From: Phaeosaccion multiseriatum
Lineage: Eukaryota > Protista > Ochrophyta, other classes
Length of the DNA: 64,000 nucleotides
Direction: 5' to 3'
Assembly: GCA_965112735.1 (NCBI GenBank)
Contig: OZ218951.1
Coordinates: 3,038,001-3,102,000, forward strand
Positions within the stretch are counted from its first letter, which is position 1. Each line of letters starts with the position of its first letter. The position numbers and the translations under genes are program-made. Below the pieces are notes generated by a model. The model searched no databases. It was not told where the DNA came from and saw only the letters and a list, made by a program, of their open reading frames with translations. Shown here piece after piece: positions 38,801-51,531 of this stretch.

Positions 38801-41313
38801 CCCTCTGTAGCATCATTGCATGCCGAATCAGAGTCCGGGACGACGCCCCCAAAAAGTGAAGCATCTCAATTCGCTCCGCCTCCCTCTCGTCCTCCTCGTC
38901 CTCCTCCTCCCCGTTGCTGCTACTGCTACCGATGATCATCACCCCTTGCGCTGGAGGGTAGAACTGCTCATTTATCCGTAGCTCTTTGCCCCCCCCGGCG
39001 CTCTGGTTGTTTCTGCTGTTTTTCAATTGTCGGAATGCTTTCACGGGCGACCCTCCCCCCGCTCCTGCTATCTGACGACCCACTCCCCTTGGCTGCAAAA
39101 CGGGGGCATATTCCTCGAGCATACTTGCAAACCTCATGCATTGTGCGTCCGTGAAGCCAGCGCTGCGGTGGGGTGCGGGTTGGTGATTTGTGGTGATTTG
39201 TGGTGTTTTGTGGTGGAGTGCACAAGCATTGCCATATAAGAATAAGAATCCAATGATATGAGGAGGGCAACGGAAGGCCACGACACGCCAGGAGAGAGGA
39301 GAGAGGGAGGGATGACAAGATGCGTGCCTGTGAGTCTACCACCGCACGTATGAGGAGGGGTATCATTCCCCCTCAAACTCCCTCACTCCCTCACTCACGT
39401 AACCCACCCATACAACTCGCCCTCTCATCTATCCACGCACCCCCTCTCCCGTCCACCCACCCACCCTCACCCACCCTCACCCACCCTCACCCACTCACCC
39501 ACCCTCACCCACTCACCCACCCTCACCCACCCTCACCCACTCACCCACCCTCACCCACTCACCCACCCTCACCCACCCTAACCCACCCACCCACCCTCAC
39601 CCACCCTCACCCACTCACCCCCACCCACCCGTATTCATCTACTCCTCCTCTCCCTCCCTCCCTCCCTCCCTCCATCCTTCTTTCCCTCCTTCCCTCCCTC
39701 CCTCCACTCACTCACCGATAGAGGCGTAGATGCGCATCCACGTCCACAAGCGTGAACATCTTCCCCACGTCCTTCATAGGCGGCGTCGCCCTTCCCCCCA
39801 AACCTCCACTGCTGCTACCCCCTCCACCCATCCCCCCACCCCCAGCCCCCCCACCAAACCCACCAAAGCCCCCCCCGCCGCCGATCAAGTCGCTCCCCAG
39901 GGCCCCCAGTACGCCACCATCGTCAGCTAACGCTCCTGCCGGCCCACTTGCACGCAACAACACCTCGAGCATGGAGGCAATAATGCAATGCTGTACCGCG
40001 TCTGTGACTGGAGCAGGTGCAGCGGCGATTTGTGGGTCGAGCGTGTCCGTCCCTGATCCTGTCTCTGTCCCTCCTCCTCCTGCTGATGAACGATCTCCTC
40101 CTCCTCCTCCTCCTCCTCCTCCTCCTCCTCCTCCTCCTCCTCCTCCTCCTCCTCCTCCTCCTCCTCCTCCTCGACTGGGCCTACGTCGCTGGGATAAGCG
40201 GGTGGAAGACGAGGGCGAAGTGCCGTCTGCATCGAGGAAGAAGCTGCTGATGATTTGCGTGCGCTGGAGGCCGAGCATCCGCAAGCCGAACAGTAAGTAC
40301 TTCTCCCGAAACTCATTGCCGCTGAAGGATGGCAGTGGATGGCAGTGGATTGAGGGGGGGGGGGGTTCGGAGGTTTGGGCGCAGTACACAGTACAGGGTC
40401 AGAGTCGTCAGGAGTCAGGGACAAAAGGGAGAGAACACAGGGGGGCGGGGGGGGGTCAGAGTCAGGGACAATGAGAGCTATAGAGCAAAAGGAGAGGAAC
40501 AAAGCCCACTGCGGAACAAAACTCACTTGCGCACTGAGCTGGCAAGCTCCAGCACGATCCAATCGAACTGTTCCTCTCCCGCGGCCATGTGTAGAAGGGC
40601 CCGGTGCCTAAGAATCTCGGCTTTGGACAGGCCGAACAGCCATGTTAAGGCTGTCTTGATGGGCTTGGTGTGATCGGCCTCTCCTTCCCCTCCTCCTTCC
40701 CCTCCCCCCGCCTCTTCCAATCCAGGTACACCAATGACGCCGACTTCCTCAAGTAATTCGTCGTGGGGTGACTCCTCCGCCAAGAGAGCAACGGGCACAC
40801 GCATCGCCGCCACCGTCTTTGACGCACTCAGCGTCTGTCCCCCTTCCCCAGCCCCCCCACCCACCCGCCGTCCATGCTTGGTGCTGCCGCCGCTCTCACT
40901 GGCAGAGCTGTCGCTAACGTGCCCATTGCCCTCTCCCTCCTCCCCCTCCGCGTCAACTCCACCCTCCCCGTCATCGTCTGAAATCCTCTGCTGCTTTTGG
41001 AGAGAGTCAAGGAGGTGTAGGATACGGGCGGCAACGTCGAGCTCTTGCGATCCGAGCTCCGCACGTCGGAGGACGCGATGACGTTGCACCTCGTCCGTCC
41101 CCAGACCAAAGAGCTGAAATTGCGTTTTGTGTTTAGGGTGGGGGCCGGGGGGGGGGGGATGGAGCACACACAGCAAGAGTGAAAAGGAGTGAGGTGGAAG
41201 GGGGAGAGGAGGGAAGGAAGGAGAGGGGAGGGGAGGGAGGAGAGGGGAGGGGAGGAAGGCTGGGAGGGAGGGAGAAACAGTTCCATACGATCATCTGCGC
41301 CCTTGCCCGCCTA

Positions 41314-41379
<66 letters not shown>

Positions 41380-41499
41380 CACCTTGGCAGCAGAGACATC
41401 CTCCGGAGTAGGCCGCTTCTCAGACACAACGCTCCACGCGTCGGTTGAGGCCTGCATATGCTCCTCAGCCACTTGGTAGTCGTGGAGGGTCTGGTGGGT

Positions 41500-41545
<46 letters not shown>

Positions 41546-43395
41546 ATGGGCATTATGGGAAGGAAGACAGACCAGCGAAACGGGAGGTGATGGAGGGAAT
41601 TAGAGGCGAACGTAGGCGTCAAGTTGTGCTAACACTGCATGCGACACACATACACACACGCGCGCACACGCTCTCTCTCTCACACACACACATATACACA
41701 CACATATATATATATATATATATAATATACATATATATGTGTGTGTGTGTGTGTATATATGCACGCACGCACCATGCCCAGTCGCTGCAGCGTCAGTTGC
41801 GTCTTGAGCTGATCCGCGTCAAGACCAAAGAGGAAAGCAAGTGATCGCTCCGGCACATAGAGACTGCCCCTACCCAGCCTGCCCTTGGTGAGGGGTCCGT
41901 CGGGTCCGCAGGCCAGGGAGGGGTCGCTCTCGAGGACTGACAGAACCGTTACGAGGTCGGCCTCTGTAATACCCTCCTCGAAGAGAACCTGGGGGTAAGT
42001 GAGTGTGGGGTGGGGTGGGGTGGGAGGGAGGAGAGGGGGACAGGGGTAAGGGGGAGTGGGAGAGGGAGAGGGAGAGGAAGAGAGGGAAGAAGAATACCGG
42101 GGGGAAGAGAGGGGGGGGGGAATATGAGAGAGACGGAGGGAGAGAGAGCGAGAGAGAAGAGAGATAAAGCATACAGAGAGTCAGGAGGGAGGGAGGGAGG
42201 GCGGGCGGGCAGACCAAGTCGTTGTCGCTTCTCCTCGCTGCGTGCTGGCTTCATCGCTCCCGAGGGGCGGCATGCCCCGCTCAGCCCCACCCATACACCC
42301 GTGCCATCCATCGCCTGTCAAAGTTACAACGCACGCCACTCGTCCACTCCCTCCCCACCACCCCTTCTGCCTCTTGCCCTCGTCCCGCCTGACCGACCGA
42401 CCTTCTGCTGCTTTAGGGTTACTGCGGTGAGTCCCAGGAAGCAAGCCTTGATGTTGCTCTTGAGCAGACACTTGCTCTGCTGCTGCTGTTGATGCGATGA
42501 CTCCTCCGTTCCAGAATCGGAAGGTCCTCGGCCACGAGGGGAAAACATGCTCTTGCTATCTATCAGTAGCTGCGAGGCGGGCCCCCGGGGACTGCTGAGC
42601 ACGGCACTCGAGGACCTAACTGCGTAACGAGAGGTTTGGCGCTGGTCCACAACTGATCCAACTACGCCCACGCCAGTGGACGAGCCCGTCCGGAAGCTGC
42701 AACAAGGAAAAGCAAGAAACAATGAAAACAACAGCAACAGCAACAGCAACAGCAACGGCAACAACAACAACAACCGACGAACAATAGAGAACACGAAAAA
42801 TGTGAGATGAGGTGAGGTCAGGTGAGGCTTCCGAGAGGGTGAGTAGGAGAATGGAGGGAGGGAGGAAATGTGAGAAGACTGGGAAAGGCTCAATCGGACT
42901 GACCTTTGCCGCTGCCCCCCACCACCCGAAGAGGACACGGAATTGAGAGCGGCCTGTTTCGTTCCTCCTCCTCCGGCGGAAGAAGCAGCAGTGTCGGCCT
43001 TTTCTTGTTCCCTCGCAGAAGGCGTTTCTTCGGTGCCCCTCTTCTCTTTCTCGTCTACCGCTGCCCCCCCCCCCTGCAGGCGCTCCATGCCCCGGTTCGC
43101 ACTTTCGGCGAGTAGAGCTGACCAGGTCTTGGCCGGCGCCACTTCCTTCGGAGCTGCAGATGTGTCCGCTGCCGGTACTGCAGAAGACTGCTGCTGCTCT
43201 CCCTTCTCACTATCACCAGCCCCATGTCCTCCTCCCGCTCGTGCTAAATCTTCGCTCTTGAATTCAGTGTTCATAGCCTGCCCATTCCTGTATCCCCCCC
43301 CTTCATCATCATCGCTGTCATCACTATCATCACTGTCGTCATCGTCATCATCATCGTCATCATCATCGTCATCATCATCATCATCATCATCATCG

Positions 43396-43430
<35 letters not shown>

Positions 43431-44728
43431 TTCCTCAGATCCACCCCCTCGTTCTTCAGAGCCCTCCTCCGGTTCCCCTGAGTCTGACCAGCTAGGGTGA
43501 GTGTTAATGTCACGCGCCACAGGAATTTCAACTTCAGTGTTGAACGGCACCTTTGGCATGAGACCTTCCACGTCTGGGGCTGGTGCTGCCGGGGGAGAGG
43601 GCAGCTCCTCCTCCTCTGTTCCCTGGGGTGAAGAGGCGGTGACTGCTCCTGGCACTACAGCGATTGCCACTGCTTCAGGGACCCTCATCGAGCCTGAAAC
43701 AGAGCGAGGCTCGCCTGCATTCCTATCCTCTTCACCCCGCCCCCGCTGTGCTCCCCTCCCCCCGCCGCCCCCGCCGCCCCCGCCGCTACTTCTGTCGAAG
43801 CTCTGTGAACCTCCTCCACCCGCCCGTCTTGCCCCTCCTGACGTGCTACCCCCCCCTCTTCCTCCCACTTCTGCTGTTGGTGCTGCGGGTACCGCCCCCC
43901 CTTGCAGAGAGCCTGATGTTCGTTGGCTCTCCCCGCTGCCCAAGTACTGCTGCAACACCGCCGGCACTTGGCTGGGATCAGTGGTGAGGTAGTCGTAAAC
44001 GGCATTGCAGAACTGGGGGGACGGAGGGAGGGAGGGAATGGGGTTAGCGGGTGGAACTCCGACAAGGTCGATATCAACAGTAGGGGGCATTACTGCTGCA
44101 TCCGAGGGGGTGCGAGCGCGGTGGAAACGTTCACTGAAAGATCACCGTCACGATCAGGGCCAAAGCTGGGCCAAAGGACGAAGGCCGCCACTGAAAGTAG
44201 ACACTGCCGTTGTGATTCCATCGACACAGTAGCGCTGCTTTGATCCCCCACCTTCCCCCCCGCTGCAGAAAGACAAGCAAGCATGAAAGACGCACCTCCA
44301 CATTCTGGAAGGTCAGGTCCAGATCCCTGTTGTCAAACTTCAGCCGGATGCTCTTGGACGGGTCAGACCTAAACGAGGAGGTCACACCCGACACCTCCGA
44401 GCCGCGCTGCACATTCCGCAGGGAAGAGAGGAAGAACTCCTTCCGGTTCTTGTTGCTCCCTCCCGCGTACGACAGCTGCTGCGTGCTGCTGAGGTCTTCC
44501 GTGCCCACAGCACTGCCAGAGGGGAGGTATTAACAGAGGATCAGCTGGCATATCAGGGGGAGAAACTCTCTCGGGGGGACAATGCTTGGAAACTGTGTAC
44601 CTGATTGCAATCTTCGCCCTGTCTTTGGACAAATGCAACATCCGCGACTCCGACTTCTTGTTCCGCCCGTGCTTTACCACCCGCAGCCCCGGCCGCTGGA
44701 GTGTTTCCTCTATGAAAGAGAGCGGCAT
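32815..44728 (-). CDS. STAND/NLR-like protein: PH domain, acidic linker, unrecognised helical repeats, NB-ARC-type NTPase, C-terminal kinesin-light-chain-type TPRs (16 exons, ~2,700 aa)
   Basis: Phase-compatible exons at about 44728-44601, 44512-44296, 44012-42904, 42696-42402, 41988-41773, 41490-41383, 41113-40527, 40321-39716, 39162-38031, 37786-37106, 36831-36737, 36557-36439, 36228-36088, 35896-35814, 35694-34983, 34827-32815. PH: LRVVKHGRNKKSESRMLHLSKD...LSSLRNVQRG...SIRLKFDNRDLDL. NB-ARC: WGDPGVGKTALA (P-loop), VIWITVG, CLLVLDDVW (Walker B), LLVTTS, VKLSPMSAKEA, CRGSPRAL (GxP). TPR: ALNNQAQLL...HPSLARTLNNMA, VAESLNNLG, VAETLHNLS. Confidence 0.85.
41313..41375. repeat. (TA)n microsatellite just after a minus-strand splice donor
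   Basis: Direct observation. Confidence 0.95.
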
Positions 44729-44825
44729 CTGCTTTTTCAGCTTAGAGGCGAACCTCCTATTCCACACACCAGTCTCCACGCTGCCTCTTCTCTCTTACTA
44801 CTCCAAGCCCAAGCCTATGCCTGAG

Positions 44826-44842
44826 CTTATATTATATATAAG
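44826..44842. promoter_or_regulatory. TATA-like element in a divergent promoter
   Basis: TATATTATATATAAGG AT island within the ~380-bp gap between the divergent starts at 44728 (-) and 45107 (+). Confidence 0.4.
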
Positions 44843-45106
44843 GCGCCGCCCCGCGTCGAGCGTTGCGAGGGCTGTGCTCGTGGAGGGAAAATTTGAGCTC
44901 ATATGGTTCCGGCGCTATCGGCGCTTTTGGAGTCCAGAAGTTGCATTTTCTTTACTTTCTCGCGCTCCGTTATACTGTAGGAGAATGTACAGGACTTCTC
45001 ATTCCAACTCCCTCAACAAGTGCTCTAGAGAGGGGATGGTAGAGGAGGCCTAGTGGGAGAGGGAAGAACACAGAAGCGGCACGACACACCCTTCACTGGA
45101 CGGAGG

Positions 45107-46100
45107 ATGGCCAACTCGAGGAACGCTGTTCGTTCTCTCAAACAGTCTGTCTTCTCGCTAAAGCAGACCAAGAAGCTCAAGAGTAGACCGAAGGTGTGCT
45201 TTCACAATGTCTGCCGGGTGGTCCTGGTTCCTCACAGCAACGAGTTGGACTGCGCTACGGTGAGCGGAGGGCGGCAAGGAATATATTTTAATTATAAGCA
45301 CTTGTGGCCGAGCGGGCCATGTCCCACACTGAGTAGCGTCATGATTTGCAGGGGTCTGGTTGCAGGGGTCTGGAAGGCTCAGGGGGGGTCGCTCCTCCTC
45401 CCGCCTCCTCACCGCCTCCCCCGCCTTCCCCGCCTTCCCGCCTCTTTCCCCCGCCGTCTCCTCCCTCTCTTTGTATGTTTCGGGAAAGCAGAAGGAAGCC
45501 CTGTGGTGGCAGCAAAAGGACCTGTTGGACTTTAGGATGACGTCGTACCTACACATGCAGAAGTACGGCCACTTGAACCCGCTAGAAGAGTGCGAAGACG
45601 ACAACCCCAGCGCCAATAGCATTAGTATTGGCCATAGGAATAGCGATAGCCATAGCCATGGCGAGGAAGGAACGTTCTTCGACGGGCACCACAACTCCTC
45701 CTCCCGTGACGCCCAACGGGAAAAAGACGGAGAAGAGGAACAAGAACAAGAAGGAGAGGATGCTGCGGCCCTTCGTTGTCGATGGCGCGCTTCCCTCCAA
45801 GCCCCGCGCGCCGCAGAGGAGGAGGCATGGGGAGACGGAGCGAGTAGGGGGGCGGCCCAATTTCAAGATGGCCTGCAAGACGTGCTCATGCCTACCGCTG
45901 CTCCAATTGGTCCGACGGTGCCCCGGGCCATGGCCCTCGCGTCTTCCTACGCGGAGACTCCGAATCCGAACCCGCCGAATCCGCTGCTGCTCGGACAACA
46001 TCAGAGGGGCCAGCCCGTCACGCCTCCGTTGGCCTTCTACCAACGCGATGACCACTTGCCCGAAGCGCGGAGCGCCCACGACGACAGGATGTGGACGTAG
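45107..46100 (+). CDS. Small conserved hypothetical protein with RVxF-like motif (2 exons)
   Basis: Exons 45107-45259 and 45492-46100 join in phase 0: KSRPKVCFHNVCRVVLVPHSNELDCAT|KEALWWQQKDLLDFR. The KVxF...VxxIP...LWW pattern resembles uncharacterised stramenopile proteins (from memory, not searched). Confidence 0.7.
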
Positions 46101-46978
46101 AGCTTCTTCCTTCCTTCCTTCCTTCCTTCCTTCCTTCCTTCCTTCCTTCCTTCCTTCCTTCCGGCCGGGTAAGCATACCAGGGTGGTGATGTGAAAAGGG
46201 AGAGGTCTCTCCCACACGCCCCTCCAGTAGGGCATGTTAGTGTGTATAGCGAGTGAGTGTTCGTGAGCCTTTGTAGCGAGGTGAGCGAACGAACGACGGC
46301 GTCACTTGTGGTGCCCCTTCCTTATCCGAGTGCCCCTTACTAGTGTCGGGGGCAAGAGAGGATATAACCTGACTCATTTGCGTCGGTGGGTTTTATCTTC
46401 TTTTGCTTTTGCTTGTGCCTCCAAGTGTGGCGTTGCTTGGTGTTTGTTCGTATGCAGCCTTGGTTCCTCCGTGTTGGCCGTGAAGAAACAGGCCAAGATC
46501 CAAAGGCAAATGCATCCTCCATTAGATTAGTGTTCCGGCTGAAAATGGCCGCTCGGCTAGCTCCGTCTTATTATTGTGTATATATCTCATTGATTTAAAT
46601 TAAATTTAATTACACGGATTTATCAACAAAGCCTCTGCTGCTGAGGCCATTCGTTCCTCCCTCTCTCCTCTCTTGAGTGAATCTGGAGAAAGGTTCAGCA
46701 CACCAACAAGCCTGCTCTGTCTGGAGGTCGCGAGTGCGGTCGTGTGACGTCACATGTCCGCCGTTGTTTGAAAGGAAGCGGAGAGCAAGCAACCAAATGT
46801 CCTTCCAATAACTGCCGCCTGAAAGCCAAATAACCAAAAAATCAAATAATCGCGCAAGTCTCCGCTTCCTTCCGAATACGCCACACGCGGACGGGACTCT
46901 CCGCGAAGAAGCGACCATGTGTTCACGCTCAGAGACACCAGGTAGGCAGATACGGACGCCGCTCTTCTCTTCAAGTCG

Positions 46979-47009
<31 letters not shown>

Positions 47010-47398
47010 CGCGTGCGCATGCGCGTGCGGGCGGGCGGGCGGGTGGGCGGGCGGGTGGGCGGCCCTCCCCGGCGCAGGAGGAGGGGCCGGCATCCTCGCA
47101 ACGGGCCCCGACCAGGCACAGCGGTCCGAATCGGTCTCTCCGTTCGGGCACACACACTCCCTCTCGGGCATTGGGCCGGCCCAAGAGGATGCTTGCTTGT
47201 TCGCACGAGGCGGACGCTTCTCCCTCTCCGAGGGCTCCAAGGAGGTGGTAATGTGCCATCACAGACCCGATTGTTCCCTCTCTCTTCCTTTCGAGGAGGC
47301 AAGAGCAGAGAGAACGGGAGATCATGAAACAGTATCTCGTGCACACGTGCGGTGTACACTGGCCGAGCCATCTCTCACTCTCGCCTTCACATTGGCCT

Positions 47399-49237
47399 TC
47401 ACATGACCTCGTCCAGGTTGGCGGAGCTCTGGAACTGATCCACCTCCCCCAGAATCGTGTTGCACTTGTCCTTGAGCACGGCAATGGCGAGGCGCAAAAT
47501 GTCCTGTGGGGGCATCATGCCCATGCTCTCCACAGTAAAGATAAAGTGCTCTGCGTCTCTCTCCAGCGTCACCTTCTCTCCCCAGTCGCCCTCGCGGATG
47601 CACTCCCTACACATGGTGCAGTCCCTTGGTCTCGCCACCACTGCCACCGAGTCTTCAATGTCAAACACCTTCATGGGGCACTTGGCCACCAGCTCCTCCG
47701 ACTCGGCTTCCGTCAGCCCACCCGGGGCCACAATCTTCACCACGGGCAGCAGGCGGTAGGACGAGTTGGAAACCGGCGAGAACTTGGCGTGGTCGTGCCC
47801 TGTGCCCTTGTGGCAGTGGGCCTCAAAGGTAATCTCCTGGCCCGGCCGGAGCTTGGCCAGCAGAATGTCGTCATGCACTGGGGCAATACCGTCGGGGAAG
47901 TGTTCTTGCTGCCTGCCCACGGGCACCCACTCCAAGTCTCGCGAGTACACAGAGGTGGTGGGGGGGTCTTCTCGAGAGAGCCGAGAGGCAGCCGCGCCCC
48001 CCTGGGCTCCTCCTGCTCCCCCTCCCTTGGTGCCCTGTTTAAAGTCGTCGGCCTTCTTCTCCAGCTTGAAGACAATTGTGTTGTACTCGTTTGCCTTTAC
48101 GAACGCCAGGCGACAGAACAAGACAGTAGAGACGTCAACAACAGAAAGAGAAGGGTGGGTTTAGCAAAGAAAGGAGGGGTTGTTCAACCAAGAAAAAACG
48201 CTACACAAAGCTGCTGCAACAGCCAACACTGCGAGTCAGCAGATCGATCACATGAAAAAAATGTCGGGCGAGATATGGTCATCTTGTCATGGAAATGTCA
48301 AGACCACAAAGCGTTCCCCCTGGGGCCTCAACCATAAGGTCCCGTGTATTGATATCGCACTATCATGAAGCCCAAAATTCGTGAAGGCCGATGAGCCGCG
48401 AATTAGGGGAGATTAATTGTAATGCTTGCTTCCGTTCCTCTCCTTTCCTTCAGGGCCAAAAACACTCATCAACACAGCGCGAAGGAGAGAGACAGACAGA
48501 CAAGGCAGCTTACATCTCCGGAGCTGACGAAGTCCTCGAAGCGCCTCGGGTCCGCGTTGATGGGCACGAGGCCCACGCGGTGAGCAAGCACCTCGTCGTG
48601 GATGATGGAGGAGTTCATCACCACATACAGGTTCTCGATGGCCATGGTGGGCACCTGGTGCGGTGGGGCGGGGAGCGGGGCCAAGGCGGGGTGAGGCGCT
48701 GGTACGTACGTACAAGAGGGCTTTGTGTGACAGGGGTGAGTCACGGGGAGGATTCACCTCGCAAGAGTCAGAACTCCGGATTCTAAAGACGTGATTTGCT
48801 GAGGGAAACAGGGCCCACCTCTGCTGTCGCAAATGAGAGGAAGACGTGCGTACCTCAGCCAACATGATCCGGCGCAGGGCATTGGCTAGGGATACATCCA
48901 CTCCCACCAGGTCGAACACCAGCTCGTTCTCATCGAGGCTAATGATGTTGAGCTGAGGGGGGCAAAGGAGCAGGGAGGAGGAAGAGAGGGAGAGTGGGCG
49001 AAGAGAAATGAGGACTGAATTGAGGACATGCGCCAGGCGCACGGGAAGAACCATGTGAGTGAGTGGATGGAGACGGCAAGGAAAGTAGATACGTCCCTCC
49101 TCAGATATCCTCACCTCCATGGACTCAGCGATCCTCTCCGCGTACGGCAGCTTGTTTCGCTGCACCTGCTCGGCCGAAGAGGGCATGTACACGCACTGCG
49201 GTGCCTCGTCCGTGAGGACGTACTTCTTGGACGTCAT
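47399..49237 (-). CDS. RPC40: DNA-directed RNA polymerases I and III subunit AC40 (RPAC1/RPC40), 4 exons
   Basis: Exons at about 49237-49115, 48952-48854, 48654-48513, 48094-47399. Motifs [102 protein letters not shown]. Confidence 0.96.
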
Positions 49238-49968
49238 GAGGAGGCCTCCCCCAACGCAATCAATGGGTAGGGGGAGCCCGTTGTGCGGCTGCAGAGAGAG
49301 AGGCGGCAAACGCACCCACCTGGGGAATTACGTAAGGACCCACGGGCTATGCGATGCTGTTTGAACCAGATTTTCAGCGCGTTTTCCCCCGAGGTGTGTA
49401 GCAGCGCTGCGAGCGAGGGTGGTGGTTCTGCAGTGGTGAGGGAAGGTGACTCTGGTGTAGCTGCGTGAGGCTGAAAAGGAACGGCAGCGGCATCAGAATT
49501 GAGGGCGGAGGGCGGAAGAACCCTCTTCTCCACTTTGCCCCTCTTCTTCTCTTCGCCCTGTGTCCTTGGTAGGCTGGTGGGGGATAAGGTGTGGTATCCT
49601 TTGTCTCTCTGTGTGAAAGGAGTGCTCTTTCTCTGGCTAGGACTTGTCTGTGTGGAGGGTAGTCGAAAGAAAAACCAACGGTTTTCATCGGTCCCTCCCA
49701 GCCCTTCTCCCCTTCCGCCTCTTCTCCCTCTCTGTACTTCCTCCTTGCTTTATCTCCCTATCTCCCTCTCTATCGACCCCTCCTCGGCCCTAATCCAGCC
49801 CCTGTGCCGCCGTCTCCCTCCCTCCCTGCCCCAACCCCTGTGAACCACGCCCTCCGCCGGTCTACCCGCGACGTGGACCTCTCTCTGTACGCCAGACAAG
49901 AGTCAGAGTAAGCACCAATCAAACAGGAGGAGGAGAAAGTAACACGCCACACGCATTGTAGTAGATCC

Positions 49969-51531
49969 ATGGAGCGCCTGCAGACCATGTTCGACAAATT
50001 CAAGAGGGATCTGGACAAGTATCAGGTACGATACGAGAGGAGGAGGAGGGAGAGATGGAACGACCGGCTGAACGCGGCATCTACCAAGAGCCGGCAGAAG
50101 TGTGCGAGGGGGGGGTGGGGGTGTGTGAAAAAGCTTCTTATACGCTGCTCCTCCTCCAAGTGCGAGGGGATGGGCTTGGGACTCTACCGTGCAGCACCGG
50201 CGCTCAAATGCCAAGGCACAGCGACCCAGCAAGCGCTGTATGTCTGTTTCTAAATGAAGCAGAGGGAGGTTGTGAGAGAGTTTCAGCAAGGATGAAGCTG
50301 ATTATGATGCATTGCGGAGGAAGAGGGAGGACCCTCCGCGCAGCATCATTCTCTTCTCTGTCTCGCTTCCGAGTTTGGCTGGCTTGAGTGATCACCCCGC
50401 CCCCCACCCCCTATGCACACATACACACACACTCGGCTTGACTTTCCCGCCTTTCCGCCCCTCCCTCGCAGACCCTGGTGACTCTGGAGGCCAAGACAAC
50501 GGTGCCGAAGGAGTACATTGTGATCGGGGCGGGGGTCACCGTCGTTTTGGCACTCTTCCTTGGCTTTGGCGCGGGCTTGATTTGCAACCTTGTGGGCTTT
50601 GCTGCCCCTGCTTACTTCTCCTTCCAGGTACAGATACGAACGTCATATAGACAGATATAGGTAGAAGGGGTACCATGTATGTGGCTGCTGCCGTGCAGAC
50701 GTGCTCATGTGCCCATTTGCTCGGGCCAATCCGTTGTCTGTTGTCCTGTGTACACACGTATGCACTGAAATTTGCTTCCCTCTGTTGTGTTTCTTGCCAT
50801 TCTATTCGATGTGCATTCTCCCTCCTTGGATTGGCTTGCTGCCCTGTCTGCCATGCCCGCACCCCCCCCCTCTACTGTCGGGATGCTGCTGCTGGTGCGC
50901 TACTGCTGTGTCTGCGAACAGGCAATCGAGTCAAAGTCGAAGGAGGACGACAAGCAGTGGCTCACCTACTGGGTCATCTTCGCAGCGTTTAGGTGAGCAG
51001 CTCAAGCAGAGCTCTACTACTTTAATAGTAGCCCCCCTCCGATGCTTGCTGGAAGGGGTGGGGGGGGCGGTACCCGTTTGCTTGCTCTCTGTAGGTCCAA
51101 AAGAAGGCACCACTTCTGTGCCCCTCACTCCCTTCTTTTGGTCCCTCTGCCTTGCCGCGGCGTCTCTCTTGAACCCTGCCTCTTTTTGTTTTTGTATGTC
51201 CCCTTTATTTCCTTACCTCTCTCTCTCTCCCTCTCTCTCTCTCTCCTCCGCCCCCACTCTCCCTTGGTTTTGGCTTCGCTGCCACTGCCTGCCCACCCTC
51301 ATCCTTGGTCTCCTGCCCCTCCCCTCCTAAACCTTGCACAGTATTTTGGAGGTGTTTGTGGCGTCGCTCTTGTACTGGATCCCCTTCTACTTTGCCATCA
51401 AATCGGCCTTCCTGATGTGGTGCATGCTGCCACAAACAAGAGGCGCCACTTTCCTATACGACGCGGTCCTGAAGGACATAATGAAGACACCGAGCAACAT
51501 TGATAAGGCGGCCAGCAGCCGTCCATCGTGA
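49969..51531 (+). CDS. YOP1: REEP5/Yop1/DP1 (TB2/DP1/HVA22) ER-shaping membrane protein, 4 exons
   Basis: Exons 49969-50025, 50472-50627, 50922-50992, 51342-51531. [75 protein letters not shown]. Confidence 0.92.

Noticed and set aside
46590-46615. AT-rich quasi-palindrome as a terminator or mobile-element end
   Set aside because: No partner inverted repeat or target-site duplication found; probably ordinary AT-rich sequence between convergent genes.
47324-48337. 337-aa plus-strand ORF
   Set aside because: Antisense shadow of the AC40 terminal exon in GC-rich DNA.
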